DNA of 53,031 nt, counting the filler, from Trypethelium eluteriae (lineage: Eukaryota): the NCBI GenBank assembly GCA_051942245.1. It is 2 parts of 2 records of this genome, joined end to end, with 100 filler letters (N's around TTAATTAATTAA, not from the genome) between each part and the next. Parts side by side here need not be neighbours in the genome. Positions count along the whole stretch, not along the records: positions 1 to 26,527 come from JAVECL010000352.1; 1 more part is not named here. One strand, given 5' to 3'. Both the position numbers and the translations under genes were made by a program. The notes below the pieces were generated by a model that saw nothing but the letters and a program-made list of their open reading frames with translations, was not told the origin of the DNA and ran no database searches. Below are positions 1 to 10,955 of the stretch, in pieces (the stretch's first letter is position 1; every line of letters begins with the position of its first letter).

Positions 1-2551
1 GAGGATGGGAGGCGGTAAGGGAGGGTAGGGTTGTGTGCGCTGTGAGTGGTTCTTTGGGGGGTTTTCCCGGTGGGGAGGACTTTTCTCGGGCAGAGGCTTA
101 GAGGGTTGGGAAAGGAAAGCGATTGGAATTTCTGTGAGCGTTGGATGCGAAGATATCTTAGATGCGAGATGGCCTTGGTATGTACGATGATAAGAAGTTT
201 GGAGGGGTTATGAGTTGAGATGCGATGAATAGACTGCATGCTTTTCTTTAGCTTAGTTTCATACTACATAGCATGGCAATGGATGGTGTTTCCTTTCTGA
301 TGTTTCCTTTCTCCTGGGACGTCTACAAACCGACATGTTTTCGTAATGATCCCTAAACAAAGCATACGCACCAAGTGCCCGCAAACGACGTGGACTATTA
401 CAGGGGCCTCTGAAGACCATACCACAGGAACAAGTCTTTGTCTTGATGGATTTAAAAAGCGAAAGTAGCCCGCGCAATCGGTCGTCATGATGACAATTTG
501 CTCAACAAGATGCGAAAGTTTAGCTACCCTCCGATCTTCTCAACCTACAAATATCAACAAGAAGTAGAGAAGATCCGGCGAAAGGCCCAGAATCGACGAA
601 AGGCAGAGTCGAAAAGAGAGAATGAGGCAAAGGAGGAATAGAAGAAAGACAACAAATCTCAGAAAGGTTGAAATCGTGTTCCCTTAAATTAAGTTTAAGG
701 TGATCCTGCGGAGGCCCAGTGCCAAATTTGACCCTCAATACTATGAGGCCGTGAAGGGTTAGCTCACACGAATGCACACTTGCCCATTCCGACAATCCGT
801 GCGTCTTCGCAAGCGGTGTCTTAAGCGAGAAATGAAAGGGTACGGGAGATCACGAGACAACTATTTGGAATTATGGAATATTCTCCCGTACGTGCGCTCT
901 CGTACTAAACCACGCAAGGCCACGGACATTCAATATCTTCCTGCCAGACCTCATGACCGGCAGCCAGCGGCAAGAGCAAGACAATTTCGTCCTGACCAGT
1001 ATAACCGGGATATGAAGTTTGATTACTTCTGATACGCCTTTATTGCTAAATTCCATCATGGGTTCTCATGCAAAAATCACGTCACAGCCGCCAAGAGACT
1101 ACGATACTGGAGGCCCTCAACGCCATCATGGCTGAAACTAGTCTGCGATATCTTCGAAGTTTATTCGGACGACACCTGTAGGGCGCGAGGGAAAAAAGGA
1201 TTCCGACGAGCCCCTGGAGACCATTCGATACCGCTGTTTTGCCTTCCAATATCGAGTTATGTAGGGTAAAAAAACGGTGGATACAGCAGAACATGCCGCT
1301 CTAGCCTGGAAAGAGAGCTCTTCAATAGAATCATGTTTTCTGGCGCAAAAATATGTCGGGTTATTAGCCTAGTTCCTGGTCGAGAGTTGCGGCCAACTCT
1401 CAGTCTTCTGCGGATGGATGGTGCTGTAGTAGTCATCATGAGACCCGATGGGCCATATTGCAACTTGCAAGTGCCATGACTAAAGAGGGAGATGGGCTCG
1501 TATGATCACGGCGCATTCGATGGTCGTGCTGTTATCGAGATCCATAGCAGATACAGCAAGTGGGCTATTGCTGGCTTTGAATAGGAGGCGTTGATGTTGA
1601 TAGATGAGATTACGCCAGAGAGGGAAGACGAAAAGGTGGTGAACGTCAAGCTTAGAAGAAGCTTTCGAGGCGCAGTCTTCGCAGAGTTCTGAATTGGTTC
1701 GTTCGCTACAAGTACTTTGTAGAGTCCCATCCAGCATTAGGACGATTCTTAGAGATCCTGGTTAGACACAATTACGCGACTGGCCCCGATTTCTTCTTTG
1801 TTGTCTCTTTCTCTTTCTCTTTCGAGATATTGACCCCACCAGTATGATGAGGGCACAATCCTGTAGATAGGGAGAGCAATCCATTACTGCATCTGATTCT
1901 TCACGTTGGCACTGAACGAAATGAAGACACAATTCAAACACTTTAACGAGAAGAGGAGGAAGAGGTGTAGAGAGAAGTGAAAAAAGGCCAACGCGTGCCT
2001 GGCAGATGATGCCTATCATGATCATAACCATATTAATTCCATACCGATAGCTTATCGAGCATGTACCGGGTTGAGACTGCGAAGCAGGTTCCGCGGTTTT
2101 GATTGGACGTACACTAAGATTTGATTATCCCACGAAGGTGATGCCATCCAAACAGATATGAAAATGCAACTCTGCAGAGGGACCTGGAGAAGCATGTTGA
2201 TAAAGGAGATGCAAACGAAAGGGTTTCCTTCATATAAGTACGCTACTTACAGTTCTGGGCATCCTGCAAGATCTGACGGGGTATCTTCCAAATCCTGGTG
2301 AAACCGAGCCATGAACCCCAGATATCCTCACTGTCAACCAGAGAATACCTAAATCCACCCTGTAAGGTCCTGTGTTCGTCAAAAATCCAGCAAGTAAAAG
2401 CAAATCAGCGATACGATTTGGGAGTCTGAGCGGTCGTCCTGACGACAATCCAGTTGTCCTCGTGGCCTATCTCGAGTCTGACCCTTCCATGACTTCATCA
2501 GCCAGCCCAAGCTCTCGCCCAAACCTTCATGGTCCTTTCAATAGCCCCTAT

Positions 2552-3993
2552 TTAAACATCATCATTATCATCCTGGCTATTTTGATTGTCCATTGAGTCT
2601 CGATTTCCGCGCACCCCCGGTTGTCGCCGCCGTGCATTGATGAACCAATTGCCCACCTTGGAATGAAGTTAGTCCTATCGTACTGGCATTTGTGAACGTA
2701 AAACCCCGCCCCTTAGGGTTAATCAAAGAAGTACCTACCTGGCTCATCGAAAGGCCCGTTTTCTCACAAAAATGCATCTTTTCCTCCTCCGTGGGATACG
2801 GCGAAGCGAGATGCTCGTGATACCATTTCTTCATCATCGCCGTGGCTTCCCTTGGCAAATTACCGCGTCTGCGCCTTGGGTCAAAGCCAGTTGCGCCAGG
2901 TATCGCAGCCCACGAATACTGGTAAGGAGGCTCCCCGTAGCTTTGAATAGGGATGGGTGGATTCCGAACCAGCCCGGGCTGTTGTGAGGCATGATGCCCT
3001 TCCGGATAATTGTTGTACTGATGCGGGTAATAGGCAGCATGTTGGGGTTCACTGGGACGACTGGCGTGGTAGGGTGAAGGAGTTGAGTTATGTGCAGGCG
3101 GTGGTGCCTGTGTGGAAGGAGGTGGATATGCCCATCCTGGACCAACCGGAGATCTCTGATGTCCCTGATAATGGTGTGTTCGAGGTGGTGATCGAGAACG
3201 TGCTCTTCCTGCTCGAGAGGACTCCGGTCTGTCATAACCAGTAGACGGCCTACCATAGAAAGGGTCGTGCAGATAACTCGTGCGATGTGAGCTGCTTATA
3301 GATGATCTCCTATCGTCCGGCGATGGGTATTGGGAAAATGACTGCCCAAAGGAAGGCAATTTCGGTCGCGGTGTTCCAACACGGTAGGGTAGGTTGGAAG
3401 ATCTCCGATCTGCCGATCGAGACTGTGCCGAGTTTTCACTTTCGGTAGATCCACCTACAAGCGAGTCAATTTTTAGGCGTTTGCTTGTGAGTGCGTCGAA
3501 AGGAGCAGCGTCTGTTCCATAGTCCTGAGAACCTCTCTTGACCGGAGAAGCGGCACCGCTCTGCCCACTTGGGGTTATTGGAGGGGATGATGGTCTCGAG
3601 ACCTCCTCGAGAACCTAGAACTCGACTTCTTAGTACATTGAGAAAAACTGTATAGGTCCATTAGTCTAACGTACTGTACTTATCGGAGGGAGCTTTGGTG
3701 GTTCCTGATAGGGAGGGGAGTTGGGCGTTCGATTACTTCGTGGATGCGGTTGAGTTCGGTAGTGCAGGGGCCGTTCTCTCTCGTATGGTAAAGAAACAGG
3801 GGGAAGTGGAGGGTGCACAGGGACCCCATTGGCACTCATGGGTCTGTCTGCTGGTCGGTGTGTTTCTGCGAGACATCAGCCAGTCCGAAGAACTCATTGC
3901 AGGCCAATTCTTGGTGCGGGATATCCACGCATATAAGTACATCGTGTGAAACTTACGTCGATTCTGCCTATCACGACGAGCCGAATATTCCAT
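2552..3993 (-). CDS. TALE/KN-class homeodomain transcription factor (Cup9/Tos8/TGIF-like), ~402 aa, 4 exons
   Basis: Exons 3993-3957, 3865-3675, 3614-2739 and 2656-2552 join in frame through GT..AG introns (donors GTAAGT, GTACGT, GTAGGT). Splicing completes the homeodomain RRRRGNLPREATAMMKKWYHEHLASPYPTEEEKMHFCEKTGLSMSQ|VGNWFINARRR, with the TALE PYP loop and WFINARRR helix 3. The N-terminus is Pro/Ser-rich with LPPI/LPSF motifs. The start codon is less certain than the 3' exons. Confidence 0.92.
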
Positions 3994-5087
3994 TTCGCAA
4001 GCACCTGGGCCGTTGCTAGAGAGACAGGTATCGCTATTGAATGAGCCATTGTTAGCAAGGGCATGTGAGCTCCACAGTGATGCGCTGACGAATACTTTTG
4101 TAAAGATGCAATGATTAAAGGTCCCTTTGGCACACCGACTTGTGTTAACGAGTTTCAGTGATGCGGTTACCCCTCTCGACTGTTCAGCTTGGGAAAAAAG
4201 CTGAAGCGTTTGAGGATGCTTGACCAAGGAAATGCAATATCGAAACGTCCTCGTTAGACAGACCCAACAGAAGGCTGACTCCGCGCATCAATTGACAGCT
4301 GACGAGCCTTCCAGAAGCGGTAATGTGCGCAGACAAAACCAGGGAAAGAGTCACCTACCCAGGGAAACGATGCCAGCACCGTATGAATTGGTGGATAGGA
4401 AAGGACCGAAGGAGGTTTAGATGCTTTGATTTTCAAGACCGCAATGGAAGATGGCAAGACTTAGGGATCGACCCCAATCTTCACGGCAGCGAGGCGTAGA
4501 CACATGGTCAAAGTAACCCCGTCTAGCCAGTGCCGCGAGCCTCGTCAAGTCAGATCCGTGAGGGCAGGAATGCAGAAATCGAAAGGTATCGTGATCACAG
4601 GTGGGTAGGTAGGTTTCAGCGGACGAGTGGCTCAGTTTGAAGCAGGCACATCCTTTGAAAACCGCAGGTATAGGGTTACATGAGTCGCAACGGCCCGCGC
4701 AACCAAGCGGCAATCATTGCGCTTGAGCGTCGGTGGCTGTTGGGATGCATCTTAGGCGCACACAGCAGCCGCTACGTATTCTCCGAAGGCGTCAAGCGCA
4801 CGAGCAGACTAGTGCAGTAGAGCGAGAAGTGTCTTTTGGCCCTACGAGGACCTAATCCTGGTTGTGGCCTAGCAGGTGGCGATCATTTGTCCCGTCGCTA
4901 CTAGCGAGGCTGTCAAGACTGGAAGACTCGATGCGTACCGCAGAATACCCGATGTTGGGGATGCGGAAGGCCAATGCTGTCATCGCTAGTTCCTCATTAA
5001 CACGTCCGAAAGTGTCATCAATGGCTCAGTTCGTCCTGGTACCTGGGCCGACGAGAGAACCTACCCATGTTACCAGTCCAATCTCTC

Positions 5088-5128
5088 ATGAGACCCCATG
5101 AGACCCCCCATGAAGACCCCATGAGACT
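5088..5128. repeat. Short imperfect tandem repeat (ATGAGACCCC-like, ~3.5 copies)
   Basis: Sequence atgagaccccatgagaccccccatgaagaccccatgagac. Confidence 0.75.
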
Positions 5129-6830
5129 AGAGACATGCCGTCGTGTCGTAGCAATGACTATCTCTCTCCGTTGCTTACCAGCTGCCCGTCTCTCGGGCGA
5201 GGCGCAGTGTCTCAGACTTTGACGAGGTACATGCGCGCCGACTCAGATTTCTGACCCTGTTCGCAACGTCTTTCCCGAAGAGAAGTGGAACGGGGCAAGG
5301 AAAATCGGATTAGCTATTAGCTAGAACAGCGCAAGGTTGAGAAGGCGAGCGAGAGGATCCTTGTTGCGAGAGACCCGCTTGTTTGGAAACACGATACAGA
5401 AAAGCTGAGACATTTTCACAGGGCCCATCACCCATGTTCAAGAAACATGAATTAGCGCAGACGGTCAGTGAAGGTACCTGCAATTCAGGGAAATAGCATT
5501 GCTGTGGTGTGACGCCACATGCGATTTTTGGGCACGCTTAGAGTCGAACGAGTTACGTACGTACTCTCCGACGGGTGATGGAGGGCCCTAATAATGCATT
5601 GAAAAAACATGGGCTACTCTGCGAAAGGGCAAGCAATTGGTGCCTCGCCGAAGCTCTTTGCGCCGAGTGACCATATTCGGCTTCCTTGCGTGAAATAGTA
5701 CGCCGAAGCATGGGCTTTAGCCATTCGCATGTGCGCCAGGCAAAGTGGTTAAGCAGCCAGCGAGTGCATCTGCCTGCTGTTGCTGCATTCCTGCCTGGGT
5801 CTCCGCCATGTGTGCCATCGGCAGCATTATACAGCAGACAATCTTAACATAAATGTAGGCGGGGGCACAGATGGGGCGAATTCGCAGGGGAGAGCCTTTG
5901 AATTGGGACCATTGGGTTTCGAGAGATCCGAGATCAAGTGGTTCAGGGAAGGCCGTTTTGGAGTCTGACGACAGGGATGACAATCGCCATGACACCGCTG
6001 TCGCCGCATGACGGAAAATTGACGCATGACTTTGGAATGGCGATGCTTTTCTTTTGTGCTGCCAGAGCCAATGGCGTCTAGGGGAGCGTCAATTGCTGCA
6101 CTTCTGCCCTTCCCCTCCAGAGAGGGCCATGCATAGGCCGCGCCATCCAGAAGGGCATGGCCGACCCGCATGCACAGATAAAGCAGTTGGTCTCCACCAG
6201 GCTAGTCACTGACAGACTCGCCTCAAATGTCATCCTTGCCTAGGGGGTGGGGGTGAATTAGCAATCGCAGTGGACACCAGAACGAGGTGCGGGGAGCCAT
6301 TGGAGCAAGCCACTGGGAGCCAGGAGCAATGGGAGCAGCGCGGCCCCTGACAGGTTCTCGTCATTAACCGGAACTCAAATCACTCGAGGCTAGCATGCAG
6401 GCACGAGTGGGCAGCGAGGGGAGCAACAGGTGCGAGCCAGGGCGCAAGGGAGCAGGTCGCGAAGGGAGAGTAAGGTCGTAGGCGTCGGCCAGCAGGGCAA
6501 GGCCACGGTGCAATGGCATTCAGCAGCTCAGAGAAAAGCCATGGGGAGACAGGAGGCAGCAGGAAGCAGGAGGAGGCAGGAGGAGGCATGAGAGGACGTC
6601 TAGACATGATTGGCGGCAGGGATGCGTCGATCTGTTTGGCCGGATGTCGCGTAGATCGTCAGATCGCGCGTGCGCCACGGCGGGCACCTTCCGGGTTCAT
6701 CAGGTCTAACCGGCTCCTTCTGCTCTGCTCCTGCCCTGCTCCTGCTCTGCTCCTGCTGGAACCTCGCCAGCCGGATCCACGCCGGGCACGCTGGACGCAC
6801 CTCTGGGCACGACACTGCCAGATCTGGAAC

Positions 6831-6861
6831 CACCCCAAGACCCCCCAAGACACCCCAAGAC
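6831..6861. repeat. Short tandem repeat (C[AC]CCCCAAGA x3)
   Basis: Sequence caccccaagaccccccaagacaccccaagac. Confidence 0.75.
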
Positions 6862-7851
6862 GCCACGCTTCAATACTTGCAGAGGCTGCGCTCCTCGTCT
6901 GGGTGACGCGTGAGCATCTAATCCCCTCTAATCCACTTTCGCACCGCCATCGCACCGTAGCTCCCTGCTTCCCGCGCCATGCGACCGCCCCCGTACCTAT
7001 CCCACCTATCCGGTCCATCGTCTTCCGGGCTAGAGAAGAGAGCAGCGTGCGAAACTTCCCAATCGCCGTGTCGTGCCACTGCCACATCCACCATCCTCTC
7101 TCTTGTCTCTCTCGCTCGCTCACCAGAGCGCCCGTATTACTTGCCTTGGTGTACCGAACCGGCACTGGCCTTTTCAGCAATGACCTGCTTTAGACATCGC
7201 TAATACCCCCCTCGGCGCGCGCCGAGTCTGGACGACTTGCCCTGCACCCGGCTGTTGGACAGACGTCTCCCCGCCCGCCACCGCCGGACCTGGGGATGAT
7301 AAGCCCGGGGCCCGGCATCGCTCTCTGTGCTTCTTCTGCGTTTGCGAGCACGCCTCGAGAGATTCGTTTCGCACGGGTTGCCGCAGCTTGAACCCGGTCC
7401 CCAGCAGCCAATTGCCAGGAAGCCGAGCATGTGCGGCAGCTACACCACTTCAGCGATTTCCCAGGGTGCAATTGTTCCCAGGACCCGTGGTGATGGATCT
7501 TCCGTCCTGGGTCACGGGACGTATGCCTGTCTAGAATCCTGGCTTCCGTCCAGACGTCAGACAGAGGGTGCAGAGCACCGAGACCTCTTGTGCACTGTTT
7601 ACATGCCATCCCTGCAGCTGCGCCTAACCCTAACTTCCACCGACAGGGGGCTTCGTCAAGTCACAGAGCCGATCCCTGGTAATGGCGTTCGACGCTTCCA
7701 GTTCTTTTTCGAGACCGGAGACAAATTGTGTAAAAAAAAAATTTGGTCATGAATCCCTTGAACTTTAAAAAGCCCTGCAACACTATTAGAACTGACGGCG
7801 TCGCTTCGGTAGATGGGAGATACCGAAGCGTGCGGGAAGGAAGAAAGAATT

Positions 7852-7871
7852 AAAAAAAAAAAAAAAAAAAA
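7852..7871. repeat. Poly(dA) tract of ~20 nt, with a shorter A-run at ~7732-7741
   Basis: Homopolymer run seen directly. Confidence 0.9.
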
Positions 7872-10424
7872 GACGACTCCGCCAACATGCGAAGGATCAT
7901 CGCGATCCCTTGCCGAAGCCATCCCGTCAGGCTCGTGCGGCCCGAGTACGGAGTTACTAAACCATTGACATTGACAGCGCGCTCGTGTGCCCTTACCGTC
8001 CGACCATGTGTGACGGACGGTGTCCTAGCTAATCTGTACGGCTCGAACTCTACTTCTTTGTTCGCTCATCTCGAAAGATAGACGTTCCATGCCACAGTCG
8101 GCAGTGCAGATTGTACGTCCATCGTCGTGCGCGCGATCTGGTGTCAGAGAAACATCTCTGCAGCTATGATATGTGTATTCTAGTATCTGGATATCGTCTT
8201 CTGGCCCGCTCGTGGCGTTCTTGTCTGACCGTGTTCAAATCGACGTGGAGTCTGCAGTCTTCGATCTTTCTCCCAGTCCATAGCTGCTTGTCCCAAAGAG
8301 CAGTGACCCAAGAAGCCTGGTGTAGCTACACCATTGCTAAGTTTCACACCGAGTTCATTACCATCTGTCGCAGACTGAGACTGGTCTGGAGCCCCGACAT
8401 TCACTGTGCCCGCTCTTGTGCGATCTAGCTCACCATATAGTTCTCTGGATTAATCTTCAGCTTGAGGTTGGCACGTAGCATACAGTGCCTCAATTCCATG
8501 CCATGTGATGGAACGCACAAGGGACAGTTCGCAGAGCATGGTCTCCACCATGCTCCGTTACCGGTACCGCTTTTCTGATCCCATCGCCCGGATTTTCAAA
8601 GGTAACACGAACCCGGCTCAATGGCCCCGACGTCGTGCTTTCTGTCCCATTCCACTACAGAATCTGACACACTTGCAGCAATGCATAAGAGAAGGACCCG
8701 AGTCCCTGGTTTTGTTGTATGCAGTTGTCAGCTAACTCTGCAAGTACCCGGCGATCTGCTTCACCTCGTCCGAGCCCTTTCTTTTTTAATTGTTGACGCA
8801 AGTTCCACTGCAAAGCCTGCAGTCGAAGCTGCAACGCAGAAACTTCGCTCATGCATAATCTCCCCATTCTTCGATAGCTCGGAGCATCGGAAGACGATCG
8901 GGGACAAGGAAATGTGTGCTAGATCAGTAGATCTTGGTCAGACCATTTTTCAGAGCGCCTGGGAGCAAGATCGTCTTACCTCGGTGTATACATTTTGGAA
9001 CTCCCAATGTTCTTGGCATACTGTGGACCCATCCTTAAAATTGGTACACTAAGATGGTCATGTGGCTCGTTATTCGGTCCTTTACCTTTCATCAACATTC
9101 TCACACTTAGCCTTAGCGTTGCTTTGAAGATGCTGTTATCTTAAATTATTTCCCTAGCATAGCTTTGTTCAAAGCCGTCATCGATTTCGGACCGTTCGGA
9201 GAGACAGGACCACTGAATTGTTCTTTAGAGGCGTCCTCGTCGATTTATCTATTACGAAATGTATCGGCCTTCGGGAAAGCTAGTATTGCTCTTGATATTT
9301 CAATGAAAGTTCCCCTTCCAAGTAGTCTATCTTCTACTTCTCCAAAATATGCCGCTAAACGAGCATTGATTGTCATGTCGTCACTAGGCTCTAGCGGCTC
9401 TTCGAAAGACATAGGACGTACTTACATAGGGAATCGTCGGAACGAGCCTACGCCTGAGCTCTGATCTGCAATACGGTACTAAAAATTGCCTGCGTTGGGC
9501 TGTGAGGTCTGAATATTCCAGAACTAAAAAAGTCGCTGCCAAAGTGCATTACCTCAAAATAATTGTGCAATTCAGGTGTGCTAATTTTTTGGGGGGGACA
9601 GAAAGTGGCATATGCAGATCTAGTATGGGTTTCGGAAGGACGCGTCGATAAATTTGTGAAGGAAGCGCTGTAGCTGGAGCAGGTATTAGTCGAGTTTGTT
9701 GGAAAAGATGTGGTTGACAAAAATAGCATCCCGCGGACGACGCCTGCCTTCCAGCTGTCAGCCTCCCAGAACGAAACCAACTTTTGAAGTGGCGTGCAGA
9801 TACCTTGGGGGGCGCACAACACAGAACAGATGGAAAATAATGCAAGGCTTAGCCTTCGTTGGAAGCCTCTAACCAAAGTTATTCGGCCAATCAAAGTGTG
9901 GACTAAAAAAGACGCACAGATCAAAACTAAGCAGTTGGAAACAAAAGGCGGAGCCAATTGGCTGCGCTGGAAAATTTGCTAAATCTAATTAAGGAGTGAC
10001 ATTGGCATCGCATTCCAAGATTGCTCTTGCACATAGAAAGTCTATAAAAAATACATTATGATGAATAGAAAGAGACAGAAGAGAGTGAAAATAGCTTGAT
10101 GGGATCCGGTTGAGGGAGAAAAGTGTGCAAGTCAGACCCAGAACAACGCCAAAGTAGAGTACAAATTGGTAGAAAGAAAGAATGCTACTTAAACAGGGAG
10201 GGAAGCAATGAGGTGAAACATAGTTGCTTCGTCAGGAGACATCCAAGATAAGAAGTCATCCAGACAGAAAAGAAGGAATGTTTTGCGCGTGCGGTGTAAA
10301 TGAAGAACATATGCCGATGCAGGGTATCCAGACTCGAAACAAGCGCGAATAGGTAATTTCTGGCCAGTGGAATGTCATCAATATAGGGTGCTTGCCCTCA
10401 TAGCATCGACCTCACAGTGCACGG

Positions 10425-10955
10425 TCAGGCTGCCGTTACCTTGCACGCTCCGCATCGTGCGTGGCCACATTGTACGCAAGCGGGGTGCGTAGAGGTACCT
10501 ATAGGGCCATCTCCGCACACATGGCAATACCATACATATCCGCCGTCGAGAGGCTCCTTTGCCATGATGTTTTGCTGACCCTGGAATCCAAGCGAGATCA
10601 TGGTATCGCCGAGAGGAGCCGCGTCGCTTTGAACGGCATCAAAGCCACCATAGTTTATCGTGACGCCTTCATCAAATGGAGACTTTCTGGTGGTGTGCGC
10701 TGAAGCCATTCGGTTGGAGGGTGCTTCACCCGTACAATTATCGCATCCCTTGTGATCGCACTGGATGCAGGAAGGGCAAATATCTCGGTTCATTGGTCCG
10801 AAATGGCACTTGCAGCAATACCAATATACAGCGTGGGAAGGTCGATTTGTCGAGGGTATCGTTGAGCACGAGCCGGTCGATTGTCGATTTGAGCTAGATG
10901 GCCTCCTGCAGGATCTCGAATCTGGAAATGGGTATGATGTGGACAGATCGATCAT
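10425..10955 (-). CDS. Uncharacterised 176-aa protein with two Cys/His putative double-zinc motifs
   Basis: Intronless ORF containing YWYCCKCHFGPMNRDICPSCIQCDHKGCDNC and VWYCHVCGDGPIGTSTHPACVQCGHARCGAC. TATAAA on the minus strand at 11201-11206. Confidence 0.8.
   Translation of the reverse strand: MIDLSTSYPFPDSRSCRRPSSSNRQSTGSCSTIPSTNRPSHAVYWYCCKCHFGPMNRDICPSCIQCDHKGCDNCTGEAPSNRMASAHTTRKSPFDEGVTINYGGFDAVQSDAAPLGDTMISLGFQGQQNIMAKEPLDGGYVWYCHVCGDGPIGTSTHPACVQCGHARCGACKVTAA

Noticed and set aside
1..239. Minus-strand open frame from ATG 239 to the window edge (MQSIHRISTHNPSK...)
   Set aside because: The C-rich strand suppresses stop codons and there is no recognisable motif. It could be a gene start but cannot be supported.
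7623..7634. cctaaccctaac telomere-like sequence
   Set aside because: Only about two units, internal, and expected by chance.
6513..7752. Overlapping 140-226 aa ORFs on both strands
   Set aside because: GC-rich low-complexity sequence, open in several frames at once, with Arg/Ala/Pro-biased translations and no domain.
9165..9957. 99-aa and 169-aa ORFs
   Set aside because: Non-ATG starts, no motifs, and no consistent splice model.
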